Shown: positions 20,429-31,464, counted from the first letter of the stretch. The stretch: DNA of 64,000 nucleotides from Candidatus Poribacteria bacterium (GCA_965208765.1 OZ242354.1:1058331-1122330), one strand, 5' to 3'. The notes: generated by a model not told the origin, from the sequence alone. Made by a program: numbers and translations.

Positions 20429-20454
20429 GAAAGGCGCGTCTGGGAGGTTATCGA

Positions 20455-20808
20455 ATGGAAGCGAAAGCGAGCATCAAGAACGTGCCGGTTGCCCCGCGAA
20501 AAGCTCGATTGGTGGCAGATTTGGTCAGGGATAGGTTTGTCGAAGATGCTCTAAATCAATTGGCATTCTTGCATAAGGCGACATCGGTGGTGATTCGGAA
20601 ATTGATTCGATCTGCCGTGGCTAATGCGCAGCACCAGGACTCAACCATTGACGAGAGTAATCTCTTCATAAAGAGAATCTTCGTTGACGAGGGATTGACG
20701 CGAAAGTGGATTCGACCGAGAGCACGTGGAATGGCGAATAGGATACTGCGGCGCAGGTGTCATATTACGGTTGTGTTGGATGAGGAAACTGATGGCGAGG
20801 AGCGTTAA
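20455..20808 (+). CDS. rplV: 50S ribosomal protein L22
   Basis: SPRKARLVADLVR-type motif (VAPRKARLVADLVRD) and position in the cluster. Confidence 0.95.
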   Translation: MEAKASIKNVPVAPRKARLVADLVRDRFVEDALNQLAFLHKATSVVIRKLIRSAVANAQHQDSTIDESNLFIKRIFVDEGLTRKWIRPRARGMANRILRRRCHITVVLDEETDGEER

Positions 20809-20898
20809 GCTATGGACGTCATGAATCGGGAAGAATTCGACCATTGCCAAGGAGATCTCAGCATCAAGAATGGTACATGTTAGAGTGAGGAGGTTTTA

Positions 20899-21666
20899 GT
20901 GGGACAGAAAACGCATCCGCGTGGATTACGCCTCGGAATCATCGAAACATGGGATTCCAAGTGGTATAGCGAGAAAGAGTATGCCCTTTGGCTCCATGAG
21001 GATTTAAAGATTCAGGAGTTTGTCAAGGACAAACTGGCGCGCGCGGGAATTTCACGGGTTGAGATTGAACGGGTCGCGGATAGATGTTCCATAAATATAC
21101 ATACGGCACGCCCCGGTATTGTCATTGGACGTCGTGGCGTTGAAGCAGAAAAATTACAGAGCGATTTGGAGAAATTCATCGGGCGATCAGTTCGAATTAA
21201 TGTAACAGAAATCAAAACCCCCGAACTTGATGCTCAGTTGGTTGCGGAAGCTATTGCGTTGAAAATCCAGCGGCGATCTCCCTTTAGACAAGCCATGAAA
21301 AGGAGCATCGCCGATTCTATGCGGGCTGGTGCTCAAGGAGTTAAGGCTACCGTTAGCGGGCGCCTTGGCGGCATTGAGATGGCGCGTACGGAAACAAGCA
21401 TCGAAGGCAGAGTTCCACTGCATACCCTCAGAGCCCAAATTGATTATGGGTTTTGCCAACCAGATACGACGTACGGCAAAATAGGAGTCAAAACGTGGAT
21501 ATTTAAAGGTGAAGTCCTTGGTGCCGCCGAAACTTTGCCTGGTGAATCATCGGTGCAAACTGCAACGGGGTCTGGAGAAAGCCCACCGCGTCCACGCCGG
21601 CGTGGCCAACGTTTCGGGGATGACGACTCGCCGAGACGCCGAGGTTCAGGTAGATGGCGCGAGTAA
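20899..21666 (+). CDS. rpsC: 30S ribosomal protein S3 (with an Arg/Gly/Pro-rich C-terminal extension of about 45 aa)
   Basis: [14 protein letters not shown]... is canonical, including the KH domain. The tail is ...[28 protein letters not shown]. Confidence 0.95.
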   Translation: MGQKTHPRGLRLGIIETWDSKWYSEKEYALWLHEDLKIQEFVKDKLARAGISRVEIERVADRCSINIHTARPGIVIGRRGVEAEKLQSDLEKFIGRSVRINVTEIKTPELDAQLVAEAIALKIQRRSPFRQAMKRSIADSMRAGAQGVKATVSGRLGGIEMARTETSIEGRVPLHTLRAQIDYGFCQPDTTYGKIGVKTWIFKGEVLGAAETLPGESSVQTATGSGESPPRPRRRGQRFGDDDSPRRRGSGRWRE

Positions 21667-21743
21667 TCTAGATGTTCTAAGTTATCTGCTCCGTCTCTCG
21701 CTGCTGTTGAAGAGTCGGATAAGTTAAGATAGGAGTATTGGAA

Positions 21744-22160
21744 ATGTTGATGCCCAAACGGGTGCTGCACCGCAAAGTACAGCGTGGAAAGCGGCGCGGT
21801 CAACCCTATCGCGGTTCGCGAATTAACTTTGGCGAATACGGTCTGCAAACTATGGAATGTGGTTGGATCACGAGCCGTCAAATTGAGTCGGCTCGAGTTG
21901 CAATAACACGCCATGTTCGAAGAGGTGGCAAGGTTTGGATTAAAATATTTCCGCAGAAACCTGTTACAAAAAAACCTGCTGAAACTCGAATGGGTAGTGG
22001 AAAGGGGCCGCCTGAATACTGGGTGGCAGTGGTTAAGCCCGGCCGGGTACTCTACGAGTTGAGTGGTGTTCCCCTTGATGAAGCAAAGGAAGCGATGCGA
22101 CTTGCTTCACACAAGCTGCCGCTTAAAACGAAATTCATAAGCAGAGGCGGAGAACTCTAA
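21744..22160 (+). CDS. rplP: 50S ribosomal protein L16
   Basis: [19 protein letters not shown]... Start at the ATG two codons inside track ORF 21738. Confidence 0.95.
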   Translation: MLMPKRVLHRKVQRGKRRGQPYRGSRINFGEYGLQTMECGWITSRQIESARVAITRHVRRGGKVWIKIFPQKPVTKKPAETRMGSGKGPPEYWVAVVKPGRVLYELSGVPLDEAKEAMRLASHKLPLKTKFISRGGEL

Positions 22161-22162
22161 TT

Positions 22163-22369
22163 ATGACCGCTAAAGAACTACGTATTCAATCTGCTGAAGA
22201 CCTAACGAACGAACTCTCGAATCTCCAAGAAAGCCTGTTCAATCAGCGATTCCGGAACATCCTCGGACAGCTTGAAGACACGTCCCAGTTAAGGAAAATA
22301 AGACACGACATTGCACGGATAAAGACTATACTTCGAGCACGGGAGCGCGGAATTGAAAGTGGCCCATAG
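22163..22369 (+). CDS. rpmC: 50S ribosomal protein L29
   Basis: 68 aa, AKELRIQSAEDLTNELSNLQESLFNQRF. Confidence 0.93.
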   Translation: MTAKELRIQSAEDLTNELSNLQESLFNQRFRNILGQLEDTSQLRKIRHDIARIKTILRARERGIESGP

Positions 22370-22381
22370 CTCAATCTAAAA

Positions 22382-22675
22382 GTGAGGATAAGCTTGACTC
22401 AACAGAATCAAGGACACCGGAAAAGTCAAACTGGCGTTGTGGTTAGTAATCGGATGAACAAGACGGTTGTAGTAGCCATCACGCGAGCCTATCAGCATCC
22501 GCTTTATAAGAAAATCGTGAGACATACGACAAGGGTTCTGGCTCACGATGAGCAGAATGCTTGCGGAGTTGGGGATGTTGTGCAGGTCATTGAATCGCGC
22601 CCGCTTAGTCGTCGCAAGAAATGGCGTGTTCGCCAAATCACAACAAAAGCGGTAACAGGCGGCGATACAAGCTAG
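22382..22675 (+). CDS. rpsQ: 30S ribosomal protein S17
   Basis: TGVVVSNRMNKTVVVAI...H DE-type motif LAHDEQN. The exact start is uncertain (GTG 22382 or TTG 22394). Confidence 0.92.
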   Translation: MRISLTQQNQGHRKSQTGVVVSNRMNKTVVVAITRAYQHPLYKKIVRHTTRVLAHDEQNACGVGDVVQVIESRPLSRRKKWRVRQITTKAVTGGDTS

Positions 22676-22757
22676 AAGTATGTAAGTGGTGCAGATTATA
22701 GGTAGGCAATTCGGGTTCTATAAAGTTGCGGCTAATGCGTGAAGTGAGGAACACCCC

Positions 22758-23126
22758 ATGGTTCAAACCTCAACTAGATTAATATGCGCGGACAACACTG
22801 GAGCAAAGAACCTAATGTGTATCCGAGTCTTGGGTGGTACACGGAAGCGTTATGCTCGGTTAGGTGATGTCATAATTGCAAGTGTGAAAGAGGCAAATCC
22901 CAATAGTCAGGTAAAAAAGGGAGAGGTCGTGCGCGCAGTTGTTGTGCGTACCACTAAAGGGTATCGGCGACCGGACGGTTCGTACATCAAGTTCGATAAA
23001 AACGCTGCTGTTTTGATTGACCCTCAAAATCAACCGCGCGGCACTAGGATCTTCGGTCCGGTTGCACGTGAATTGAGAGAACGGGAATTCACGCGAATTG
23101 TGTCCTTGGCACCCGAGGTTATTTGA
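22758..23126 (+). CDS. rplN: 50S ribosomal protein L14
   Basis: [17 protein letters not shown]... is canonical. Confidence 0.97.
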   Translation: MVQTSTRLICADNTGAKNLMCIRVLGGTRKRYARLGDVIIASVKEANPNSQVKKGEVVRAVVVRTTKGYRRPDGSYIKFDKNAAVLIDPQNQPRGTRIFGPVARELREREFTRIVSLAPEVI

Positions 23127-23156
23127 CGAGAATCGCTATTCGTCTAGGAGGAGATA

Positions 23157-23507
23157 GTGTCAACAAGCAAATTTCACATAAAAGACAATGACCTCGTATC
23201 GGTGTTGAGCGGAAAGGACAAGGGAAAGACAGGAAGAGTGCTGGAAGTTATCCCTACCAAGAATCGTGCTGTTGTTGAAGGGGTTCAGATGATTAAACAG
23301 CACATGCGTCCAAACCAGACGGGACAAGGCGGGGTAGTTGAAAAAGAGGGAACGGTTCACCTTTCCAACCTGAAGTTGGTGTGTCCTAAATGCAGTGCTC
23401 CCACTCGCACAAAACGACAGGTTTTTGAGAGAGAGGTCGGGACGCGTACAAAAAAATATCGTCTGCGTGTGTGCAAAAAATGTGGGGCGGTTGCGGAGCA
23501 GGAGTAA
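23157..23507 (+). CDS. rplX: 50S ribosomal protein L24 (carries CxxC...CxxC in the C-terminal part)
   Basis: KOW motif SVLSGKDKGKTGRVLEV. C-terminus VCPKCSAPTRTKR...RVCKKCGAV. Confidence 0.94.
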   Translation: MSTSKFHIKDNDLVSVLSGKDKGKTGRVLEVIPTKNRAVVEGVQMIKQHMRPNQTGQGGVVEKEGTVHLSNLKLVCPKCSAPTRTKRQVFEREVGTRTKKYRLRVCKKCGAVAEQE

Positions 23508-23609
23508 TTTGCTTGGAGCGTGGACGAAGGTTAGCGTGAAATGTATACTGTCTAGCTATGAATCCCGACTCGACAAGGATGGACGCCGTTATGCAGAGGA
23601 CGCGAGCTA

Positions 23610-24149
23610 ATGAATGATTTCAGAACGTTTTATCAAGAAGAAGCTGTACCGGCATTGCAAAAACGGTTCAATTACCCTAATGTAATGCAGATTCCGAGAT
23701 TAGACAAAATTAATCTGAACGTTGGACTCGGTGCGGCGATGCAGAATCCGAAGTTACTGGAAAACGCGGTTGAGGAACTTACACAGATCGGAGGTCAGCG
23801 TGCGGTTATCACACGGGCAAAAAAATCTGTATCGAACTTCAAAGTGCGTGCCGGTGCTGCCATCGGTTGTAAAGTCACTTTGCGTCGTCAACGGATGTAT
23901 GAATTCTTCAACCGGCTAGTGAACGCTGTCCTACCCCAAATTCGGGATTTTCGCGGTCTGTCTCCCGATGCGTTCGATGGACGCGGCAATTACTCTTTGG
24001 GTCTTCAAGAGCAACTAATATTCCCCGAAATCGAATATGACCAGATAGACGAAGTTCGCGGGCTAAACGTAACTGTTGTTACGACGGCGCCGACAGACGA
24101 GGAAGGACGAGAGTTACTGAAGGTATTGGGGATGCCTTTTAGGGAGTAA
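23610..24149 (+). CDS. rplE: 50S ribosomal protein L5
   Basis: [13 protein letters not shown]...[28 protein letters not shown]. Confidence 0.96.
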   Translation: MNDFRTFYQEEAVPALQKRFNYPNVMQIPRLDKINLNVGLGAAMQNPKLLENAVEELTQIGGQRAVITRAKKSVSNFKVRAGAAIGCKVTLRRQRMYEFFNRLVNAVLPQIRDFRGLSPDAFDGRGNYSLGLQEQLIFPEIEYDQIDEVRGLNVTVVTTAPTDEEGRELLKVLGMPFRE

Positions 24150-24255
24150 TCTTAACTACATCTCGTTCGGTTACATAAAGCACTCAGTCTTACAATCGTG
24201 AGCAAGTTTCTATTGTAACTAAAGGTAAAACAACAAACAATTAGGAGTAATCGAT

Positions 24256-24441
24256 TTGGCAACAAAGGCGCTAATTGCTAAACAGAAGAGGGCTTCGAAA
24301 TTTCGAACACGGCAGTACAATCGCTGTCGCGTCTGTGGACGACCTCGTGGTTTTCTCCGCAAATTTGAACTATGCCGCATCTGCTTTCGACTACTAGCGA
24401 GAGAAGGTAAGATCCCCGGCGTGAAGAAAGCGAGTTGGTGA
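24256..24441 (+). CDS. rpsN: 30S ribosomal protein S14, short zinc-binding type Z form
   Basis: 61 aa, TTG start, [10 protein letters not shown]...LCRICFR. Confidence 0.94.
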   Translation: MATKALIAKQKRASKFRTRQYNRCRVCGRPRGFLRKFELCRICFRLLAREGKIPGVKKASW

Positions 24442-24456
24442 AGGAGAGAAAGTTTC

Positions 24457-24855
24457 ATGTCAATGACGGACCCAATTGGGGACATGCTAACACGTATTCG
24501 CAATGCCAATATGGTTAGCCACGAACGAGTCGAATTGCCTGCTTCGAGGGTAAAAGCGGAGATTGCTCGAATCTTGACGGAGGAAGGATATATCCGGAAT
24601 TATCGTCTTATTAGTGATGGGAAGCAGGGGGTTTTGCGTATCTACCTCAAGTACGGTGATAATCAAGAAAAGGTTATTTCGGGTCTAAAACGAATTAGCA
24701 AACCCGGCCGTCGGGTATATGTGGGAGTTGACGATTTACCGCGCGTGTACGGCAATTTAGGAATTGCCATCTTGTCTACATCTCAAGGTGTACAGACCGC
24801 TTCTCAGTGTCAAGCAGCCAAAATTGGCGGCGAAGTCTTGTGTTATATCTGGTAA
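24457..24855 (+). CDS. rpsH: 30S ribosomal protein S8
   Basis: [18 protein letters not shown]... is canonical. Confidence 0.96.
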   Translation: MSMTDPIGDMLTRIRNANMVSHERVELPASRVKAEIARILTEEGYIRNYRLISDGKQGVLRIYLKYGDNQEKVISGLKRISKPGRRVYVGVDDLPRVYGNLGIAILSTSQGVQTASQCQAAKIGGEVLCYIW

Positions 24856-24887
24856 ACACGGCGTACTGAAAACTAGGGAAAAGCATC

Positions 24888-25454
24888 ATGTCAAGAATTG
24901 GACAAATGCCCATTAATGTTCCGTCAAATGTCAATGTCACCCTTGACGGTTCAGGAATAAGTGTTGAGGGCCCTAAGGGAAAACTAGATTGGACGGTTCC
25001 CGACGGAAGCCAAGTAAAAATGAGCGATGGTCTGCTTGAGGTCGAGAGGCTAAGTAATCAAAAAACACATAAATCGTTGCATGGTCTTACCCGAAGCTTA
25101 ATCGCGAATATGGTGAAGGGAGTCACAGACGGATTTGAGAAAAAGCTTCGCGTAGTAGGAACAGGGTATCGCGCAGAGATCAACAATCAGAAGTCGTTGG
25201 TGTTAAACGTAGGATACTCCCATCCCGTAACCTATAATCCTCCGGAGGGAATAACAATCCGCGTCGAAAATACTGAAAATGTAGATGGTCAACTTCATAC
25301 TCCTGTTATCGTAAGTGGCGCCGACAAACAACTCGTAGGTCAAGTCGCTGCATCAATTCGTCAAATTAAGAAACCCGGAGTATATCAACCTTGCAAAGGC
25401 ATTCGTTATGATGGGGAACGTGTTCGCATGAAGGAGGGTAAGGCGAAAGTATAG
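24888..25454 (+). CDS. rplF: 50S ribosomal protein L6
   Basis: [21 protein letters not shown]... is canonical. Confidence 0.96.
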   Translation: MSRIGQMPINVPSNVNVTLDGSGISVEGPKGKLDWTVPDGSQVKMSDGLLEVERLSNQKTHKSLHGLTRSLIANMVKGVTDGFEKKLRVVGTGYRAEINNQKSLVLNVGYSHPVTYNPPEGITIRVENTENVDGQLHTPVIVSGADKQLVGQVAASIRQIKKPGVYQPCKGIRYDGERVRMKEGKAKV

Positions 25455-25477
25455 ACCTTACTCTGCTCCTATACCGG

Positions 25478-25867
25478 GTGAACTTGGGAGAGCAATCGTT
25501 GAATCGACTCAAAAGAAAGAATCTTGCACGAAAATCACGGAAAAGGCATGTACGGCAGAAGGTTTCTGGTACGAGCGAGAGACCGAGGCTCTCGGTATTT
25601 AAGAGTGCCAATCATATTTATGCTCAGCTTATTGATGACGAAAATCGTGTTACACTCGCTGCCGCCTCAAGCTTGGCGCGTGAATTAAGGGAGGACGCTT
25701 CACGCGGAGGAAATGCAAGTGCCGCGCAGAAAGTCGGTGCGCTTATAGCGAACAAGGCTAAGGAATCTCAGATCGAATCCGTTGTGTTTGATAGAGGTGC
25801 CAACCTTTATCATGGCCGAGTAAAAGCCCTTGCAGATGCTGCGAGGGAAGGCGGTTTGAAGTTTTGA
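25478..25867 (+). CDS. rplR: 50S ribosomal protein L18
   Basis: [21 protein letters not shown]...[26 protein letters not shown]. Confidence 0.95.
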   Translation: MNLGEQSLNRLKRKNLARKSRKRHVRQKVSGTSERPRLSVFKSANHIYAQLIDDENRVTLAAASSLARELREDASRGGNASAAQKVGALIANKAKESQIESVVFDRGANLYHGRVKALADAAREGGLKF

Positions 25868-25930
25868 GATGCCGACTACGATGCAACATTGAAGTGCGAA
25901 AGTGTTGGGGGTTGTTAAAGGAGGGTTTCG

Positions 25931-26461
25931 TTGCGAGTTGAAAAAATAGATCCGGGCGACACTGAATTTGAAGAGCGTTCAATTGCGATTAATCGTGTAA
26001 TGCGCGTCGGCAAGGGTGGGCGAACGCCAAATTTCAATGCGCTTTCTGCGGTTGGAAACTTTGAAGGAATTGTTGGCATCGGTTTCGGCAGTGCTAATGA
26101 TGTCCCGTCGGCGATCAGCAAGAGTATAGCCGATGCCAAGAAGAACTTGATTCGTGTGCCGTTGACGGGAGGCACCATTCCGCATGAATCTTTTAGCAAA
26201 TTCAAAGCGGCCAAGGTTCTCCTGAAGCCTGCGAGTCCGGGGACTGGCATCGTTGCCGGACATGCGACACGGACAATACTGGAGTTCGTGGGGATTAAAG
26301 ATGTGCTGACCAAGCGACTTGGATCTAGAAATGTGAAAAACATTGCGGAGGCGACGATGTTAGCGTTAAAGAATTTGAAAGATGTTAACGATGTTGCCCG
26401 GCTTCGCGGAAAACGCGTTGAGGAGTTGACTGGCGAGGATTCACCGCCGGACTCTCGTTGA
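25931..26461 (+). CDS. rpsE: 30S ribosomal protein S5
   Basis: RVMRVGKGGRTPNFNALSAVGN..GIVGIGFGSANDVPSAISKS. TTG start. Confidence 0.94.
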   Translation: MRVEKIDPGDTEFEERSIAINRVMRVGKGGRTPNFNALSAVGNFEGIVGIGFGSANDVPSAISKSIADAKKNLIRVPLTGGTIPHESFSKFKAAKVLLKPASPGTGIVAGHATRTILEFVGIKDVLTKRLGSRNVKNIAEATMLALKNLKDVNDVARLRGKRVEELTGEDSPPDSR

Positions 26462-26477
26462 GATGGAGTAATCAATC

Positions 26478-26927
26478 ATGAAGTTAAACGAACTCAAACC
26501 TCCCCGGAGATCAAAACGACCTAGGAAGCGAATTGGACGAGGAGAAGCGTCGGGTTGGGGTAAAACCGGTGGACGGGGGCATAAAGGCCAGAAGTCACGT
26601 TCCGGCGGATCTATTCCTGCTTGGTTTGAAGGTGGCCAAATGCCACTGGTCAGAAGGCTTCCCAAGCGTGGGCCGGGGGTAAATAAACATAAGCGTCTCA
26701 AATATGATGTGCTAAACGTCAAAGATCTAAACTGCTTCGATAGTGATTCTACTGTCACCGTCGAAATGTTAAGCGAAAAGCGTATGGTGAAGCGGAGGAA
26801 TGCGCGCGTTAAGATCCTTGGCGAAGGAGACCTTGAAAAACCGTTGACCGTATGCGTTCACAGTTTCACGAAGTCGGCAATTGAAAAAATTCAGCAGATT
26901 GGCGGAAAGGCTGAAATAATCTCCTAG
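26478..26927 (+). CDS. rplO: 50S ribosomal protein L15
   Basis: MKLNELKPPRRSKRPRKRIGRGEASGWGKTGGRGHKGQKSRSGG. It follows rpsE after 16 nt, so there is no room for rpmD. Confidence 0.95.
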   Translation: MKLNELKPPRRSKRPRKRIGRGEASGWGKTGGRGHKGQKSRSGGSIPAWFEGGQMPLVRRLPKRGPGVNKHKRLKYDVLNVKDLNCFDSDSTVTVEMLSEKRMVKRRNARVKILGEGDLEKPLTVCVHSFTKSAIEKIQQIGGKAEIIS

Positions 26928-27024
26928 TCAGCCGTACCTGTTTCGTAGATCAATTCGGGTAACCTTCCACACTATGCACGTTCCGCACGTGAGATAGTTG
27001 CTGCCCTGCCTATTTAGTACTTTT

Positions 27025-28398
27025 ATGATGAATTCGAAAGATAAGCCGCAGATGATCAGCGCCTTCCGGAACGTTTTCAAAATTCCGGAGTTACGCTCAC
27101 GTATCATATTTACGGCGTTGCTGCTGATTGTTTACCGGTTTGGGGCACACATCACAATCCCCGGGATTGACGATCAAGCCCTGGAAGAGTTTTTCAACCA
27201 ATTGACAGATCGTCCCGGCGGCAACATGATCGGATTCGTGGACTTGTTCTCTGGCGGGGCATTCAGTCAGATGACAATCTTCGCGCTCGGTATACAGCCA
27301 TACATTAGCGCATCGATCATCATGCAGCTGCTCGCCGTTGTTGTGCCCGCCCTTGAGAAGCTGTCTAAGGAACCGGATGGACGCAAGAAGATCACACAGT
27401 ATACTCGCTACGGCACAGTCATCCTGAGCGCTGTGCAAGGATTGGGAATCAGCTTTCTACTGCGCAATCCTGGTAACCTCGGCATTCAGGCGGATATCGT
27501 CATGAACAAGACTTGGTCATTTCATTTCTTGACGGTCATCACTTTAATGGCAGGCACGGCGTTCGTGATGTGGCTCGGAGAGCAGATTACGGAGAGGGGT
27601 ATCGGTCAGGGTATTTCGCTCATCATCACGGTCGGGATAGTAGCGGCAGTTCCGGGCGGTGTGTCCTCTATAACAAGCCGATTGATAAACGATCCTAACT
27701 TTGGTTTAATTCAATTGGCTATTTTTCTGGCACTTATTGTAGTTGCTGTGATGGGTACGGTTTTCATTACTCAATCTATTCGTAAAATTCCTGTTCAATA
27801 CGGACGCCAGATAAAGGGAACACGAATGTATGGTGGTCAGAGAACCCATCTCCCACTCCGAGTCAATGCAGCAGGTATGATCCCCATAATTTTTGCCGTA
27901 ACATTAATGCAATTCCCTGGGACAATCTTGGGCTTTCTTCCGCAAGATTGGGGATGGGCGCTTGGGTTACAAAGTGTCTTGGGTAATCCAGGTCATCCGG
28001 TATACCTAATCATATATGCCAGTCTGATTATTGCTTTCACGTATTTCTACACGGCAGTACAGATTAACCCGATTGACATGGCAGATACACTGAAAAAACA
28101 CGGAGCGCATATTCTGGAAAAAGGTGGAATACGACCGGGGAAGCGAACAGCGGAACACATAAACTTCGTGTTAACGCGGATTACCTTGCCCGGCGCCTGT
28201 TTTCTAGCTGCCATTTCGATAATCCCGATAATGTTTGAAGGCTGGTTACAGATAGGGACCATGGTGAGCGGTGCCTCGGTATTGATTGTCGTCGGAGTTG
28301 TGTTGGACACGGTCTCACAGATTGAGTCACATCTGACTGATCGGAGCTATGAGGGTTTCATAAGCGGACGACGGATTAGGGGGCGTCGTTCAAGGTGA
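27025..28398 (+). CDS. secY: Preprotein translocase subunit SecY
   Basis: FKIPELRSRIIFTALLLIVYRFGAHITIPGID and 10 TM segments. The start is ambiguous (26998, 27025 or 27052). Confidence 0.93.
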   Translation: MMNSKDKPQMISAFRNVFKIPELRSRIIFTALLLIVYRFGAHITIPGIDDQALEEFFNQLTDRPGGNMIGFVDLFSGGAFSQMTIFALGIQPYISASIIMQLLAVVVPALEKLSKEPDGRKKITQYTRYGTVILSAVQGLGISFLLRNPGNLGIQADIVMNKTWSFHFLTVITLMAGTAFVMWLGEQITERGIGQGISLIITVGIVAAVPGGVSSITSRLINDPNFGLIQLAIFLALIVVAVMGTVFITQSIRKIPVQYGRQIKGTRMYGGQRTHLPLRVNAAGMIPIIFAVTLMQFPGTILGFLPQDWGWALGLQSVLGNPGHPVYLIIYASLIIAFTYFYTAVQINPIDMADTLKKHGAHILEKGGIRPGKRTAEHINFVLTRITLPGACFLAAISIIPIMFEGWLQIGTMVSGASVLIVVGVVLDTVSQIESHLTDRSYEGFISGRRIRGRRSR

Positions 28399-28431
28399 AG
28401 TTCCGTAACTTTTTAGAAGGAAATGAAGCCG

Positions 28432-28548
28432 ATGAAGGTTAAAGCCTCTGTAAAGAAAATATGTAACCAGTGTAAAGTTATAAAAAGAAAAGGCGTCATT
28501 CGCGTTATTTGTCCTTCGAACCCGAAACATAAGCAACGACAAGGCTGA
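28432..28548 (+). CDS. rpmJ: 50S ribosomal protein L36 (zinc-binding form)
   Basis: Not in the ORF track (38 aa). Hand translation gives [38 protein letters not shown], with a GAAGG-like RBS upstream. Confidence 0.9.
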   Translation: MKVKASVKKICNQCKVIKRKGVIRVICPSNPKHKQRQG

Positions 28549-28593
28549 CCGGAGCCATCTCGCAATCAATTGTGAGTTCAAAGGAGAAAGTTC

Positions 28594-28989
28594 ATGGCAA
28601 GAATTGCTGGGGTTGATTTACCCAGAAATAAACGTGTCGACATCGCTCTTACCTACATATATGGGATCGGTCGTCACAGCGCATCGAAGTTGGTGCGTGA
28701 ATTGAACATCGACCCAGGAAAAAAGGTAGACAGATTGGCTGAGGATGAGATCAGCCAACTGAGAACCACGATTACTCAAGAGTACAAGGTCGAGGGCGAT
28801 TTGCGGCGCGAGGTCGATCAAAACATCAAAAGGCTGATGGATATTAACAGTTATCGTGGATTGCGCCATCGCCGGCAGTTGCCAGTGCGCGGGCAGCGAA
28901 CAAGCACCAATGCACGAACACGGAAAGGAAAAGCTAGGACTATCTCTGTGGGTAGAAAATCTAAGGAAGCAGCTCGCAAGGGTGGTTGA
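28594..28989 (+). CDS. rpsM: 30S ribosomal protein S13
   Basis: [26 protein letters not shown]... is canonical. Confidence 0.97.
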   Translation: MARIAGVDLPRNKRVDIALTYIYGIGRHSASKLVRELNIDPGKKVDRLAEDEISQLRTTITQEYKVEGDLRREVDQNIKRLMDINSYRGLRHRRQLPVRGQRTSTNARTRKGKARTISVGRKSKEAARKGG

Positions 28990-29019
28990 TATTGGCATAT
29001 CCTTCACCGTGAAAGGAGT

Positions 29020-29409
29020 GTGTCTTTGCGTTCTTCAAATCGAGCAAAAAGAAGAGAAAGAAAGAATGTACCGGAAGGTATTGCTCACATTCAAGCTACC
29101 TTCAACAATACAATTGTTACCATCACGGATCCCTCCGGAAATACAGTCGCATGGGCAAGTGCTGGAATGACTTTCCCTGGTTCTCGCAAAAGCACGCCTT
29201 TTGCTGCACAACAGACCGCAGAAGCTTGTGCTAGAAAGGCTATGGAACAGGGAATGAGGCGTGTGGAGGTGCGGGTTAAAGGACCGGGATCCGGAAGGGA
29301 ATCTGCCATCCGTGCGCTTTCAGCGGCAGGACTTGAAGTCACGTTAATGAAAGATGTGACCCCAATACCTCACAATGGCTGTCGTCCCCCCAAGCGACGC
29401 CGTGTTTAA
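29020..29409 (+). CDS. rpsK: 30S ribosomal protein S11
   Basis: [18 protein letters not shown]...[12 protein letters not shown]. Non-ATG start (GTG 29020 or TTG 29026). Confidence 0.95.
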   Translation: MSLRSSNRAKRRERKNVPEGIAHIQATFNNTIVTITDPSGNTVAWASAGMTFPGSRKSTPFAAQQTAEACARKAMEQGMRRVEVRVKGPGSGRESAIRALSAAGLEVTLMKDVTPIPHNGCRPPKRRRV

Positions 29410-29436
29410 CTTCGGTTTTGGATTGCGAAGGAGAAA

Positions 29437-30066
29437 ATGAGTAGATATTTAGGCCCCGTATGTAAATTGTGCCGCCGGGAAGGCGAAAAGCTCTTCCTAA
29501 AAGGGCGTCGCTGTAATACACCAAAGTGTTCATTCGAGCGTCGCGGTTATCCTCCGGGAGAGCATGGCCAACGGCCAATTCGTGGGAAAGATGGCTACCG
29601 ACAACAGCTGCGTGCAAAACAGAAAGCCAAGCGAATTTATGGCACGTTAGAAAAGCAGTTTCACAACTATTATGATAAAGCCGAGCACCAGAAGGGAATA
29701 ACTGGAGAGATGTTGATTGTGCTTCTGGAACGTCGGCTGGATAACGTTGTTTATCGCTTTGGTTTTGCCAGTTCGCGACGACAGGCAAGACAACTCGTCA
29801 AGCATAACCATTTTCTGGTAAACGGAAAATCGGTCAACATTCCTTCCTATTTGGTGGCCGTTGGTGACAAGATTCAGGTCCGAGAAAAGAGTCTCCAGGC
29901 AGGTGTACTCCAAGAAGCAATAGAGTATGCACAACAAGCGGGCACACCTGAGTGGTTAGAGCTGGATGCTGACAAACGGACGGGCGTTATTCGAGGATAC
30001 CCAGAAGCAGATCAGGTTGCCGCCAACGTCCAAACTCAGTTGATAATTGAACTTTACTCCAAATAA
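29437..30066 (+). CDS. rpsD: 30S ribosomal protein S4 (N-terminal Cys4 cluster present)
   Basis: MSRYLGPVCKLCRREGEKLFLKGRRCNTPKC... Confidence 0.96.
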   Translation: MSRYLGPVCKLCRREGEKLFLKGRRCNTPKCSFERRGYPPGEHGQRPIRGKDGYRQQLRAKQKAKRIYGTLEKQFHNYYDKAEHQKGITGEMLIVLLERRLDNVVYRFGFASSRRQARQLVKHNHFLVNGKSVNIPSYLVAVGDKIQVREKSLQAGVLQEAIEYAQQAGTPEWLELDADKRTGVIRGYPEADQVAANVQTQLIIELYSK

Positions 30067-30094
30067 CATATACCTAGGTGGAAGGACAACATAA

Positions 30095-31054
30095 ATGGAC
30101 ATCAGGAAGCCGGAGCGTCTTGTGGCTGACTTGGAAAGCCTGAGACCGGACTATGGCAAGTTTATAGCCGAGCCACTTGCGCGAGGATTTGGAATTACAT
30201 TGGGTAATTCATTGCGGCGCGTTCTGCTTTCGTCAATCGAAGGAGCAGCGATTGTTTCTGTTTTTATTGAAGGGGTAAAACACGAATATTCTACGATTGA
30301 TGGTGTCAAAGAGGATGTTATTCAGATTCTCCTTAATCTGAAAGAGATTCGATTCCTTGTCCACACGGATGATACGGTTACTCTACGTCTTTCGGCCGAC
30401 GGAGCCGAAAAGGTTACAGCTGCCGATATTCAACCCAACAGTCAAGTAGAGGTCATTAACCCAGATCAATATATTGCGACATTAGACAAAAGCGATGGAC
30501 TAAACATGGAATTGCATGTCCGTCGCGGACGCGGTTATGCCCATGCCGAGGAACACGCCGATTCGAATCAACCCATTGGTGTGATTGCCCTTGATGCGAA
30601 GTTCTCGCCGGTGAAACGTGTCAATTTCCGGGTCGAAGAAACACGTGTTGGACCCATGACCAACTTCGATCGTTTGATTCTGGAGGTCTCAACCGACGCC
30701 AGCATTACGGCAAAAGAAGCTGTTACCCAAGCCGCGGATATCTTGTTGGATCAATTACGGTTGTTCAGTGATTTTGATGAAACTTATGTTGAACCGGTTC
30801 AGGAAATTGATGAAGAAAAAGTCCAGCGCGAGAAATATCTGTCAAAACCCGTCGCAGAACTTGAACTTTCCGTGCGTTCTTCAAATTGTTTAGAAGCTGC
30901 GCAGATTACAACAATCCGGGAACTGGTAGTAAAAACCGAACAAGATATGTTAAAGTTCCGAAATTTCGGGCGAAAATCTCTGAACGAGATTAAGGATTTC
31001 CTCGCAAATATGGGACTTTCACTCGGGATGGAGCTTGATGATGAGGAAGATTAA
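30095..31054 (+). CDS. rpoA: DNA-directed RNA polymerase subunit alpha
   Basis: 319 aa with N-terminal assembly domain and C-terminal domain ([24 protein letters not shown]). Confidence 0.96.
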   Translation: MDIRKPERLVADLESLRPDYGKFIAEPLARGFGITLGNSLRRVLLSSIEGAAIVSVFIEGVKHEYSTIDGVKEDVIQILLNLKEIRFLVHTDDTVTLRLSADGAEKVTAADIQPNSQVEVINPDQYIATLDKSDGLNMELHVRRGRGYAHAEEHADSNQPIGVIALDAKFSPVKRVNFRVEETRVGPMTNFDRLILEVSTDASITAKEAVTQAADILLDQLRLFSDFDETYVEPVQEIDEEKVQREKYLSKPVAELELSVRSSNCLEAAQITTIRELVVKTEQDMLKFRNFGRKSLNEIKDFLANMGLSLGMELDDEED

Positions 31055-31080
31055 CCTGACGGAAGGAGACCCGGGGAACT

Positions 31081-31464
31081 ATGCGACATAGGAAAGCTGG
31101 AAGGAAGCTTGGGCGAACCACTAGCCATCGTAGAGCGTTATTCCGCAATCAGGCTACAGCGCTATTTGAACATGAGCAAATTCGCACGACATTGGCTAAG
31201 TCCAAAGAATTGAGGCGAATTGCAGAGCGACTAATCACGTTGGCCAAGCGAGGAGATTTGCATGCGCGACGTCAAGCGGCCAAAATGATTTTTGGGACGA
31301 ATCTGCATGAGGGAGATGGTCAAGACAAACATGCAATACTGCAAAAACTCTTTGATGAAATCGGCCCGCGCTATCAGGATCGAAATGGTGGGTACACCCG
31401 CATAATCCGGGGCGAGCTAAGGCGCGGAGATGGGGCACAGATGGCTTATATTCAGTTGGTATGA
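31081..31464 (+). CDS. rplQ: 50S ribosomal protein L17
   Basis: [24 protein letters not shown]... is canonical. Confidence 0.96.
   Translation: MRHRKAGRKLGRTTSHRRALFRNQATALFEHEQIRTTLAKSKELRRIAERLITLAKRGDLHARRQAAKMIFGTNLHEGDGQDKHAILQKLFDEIGPRYQDRNGGYTRIIRGELRRGDGAQMAYIQLV

Noticed and set aside
25915-26475. Long antisense ORFs inside well-supported genes. Examples are 25915..26475 opposite rpsE, 21444..21914 opposite rpsC/rplP, 8184..8879 opposite the response regulator, 15917..16447 opposite tuf and 39049..39519 opposite PhyH-HEAT.
   Set aside because: Each overlaps a gene with an unambiguous conserved product on the other strand, and the translations are Arg/Ser/Pro-rich nonsense.
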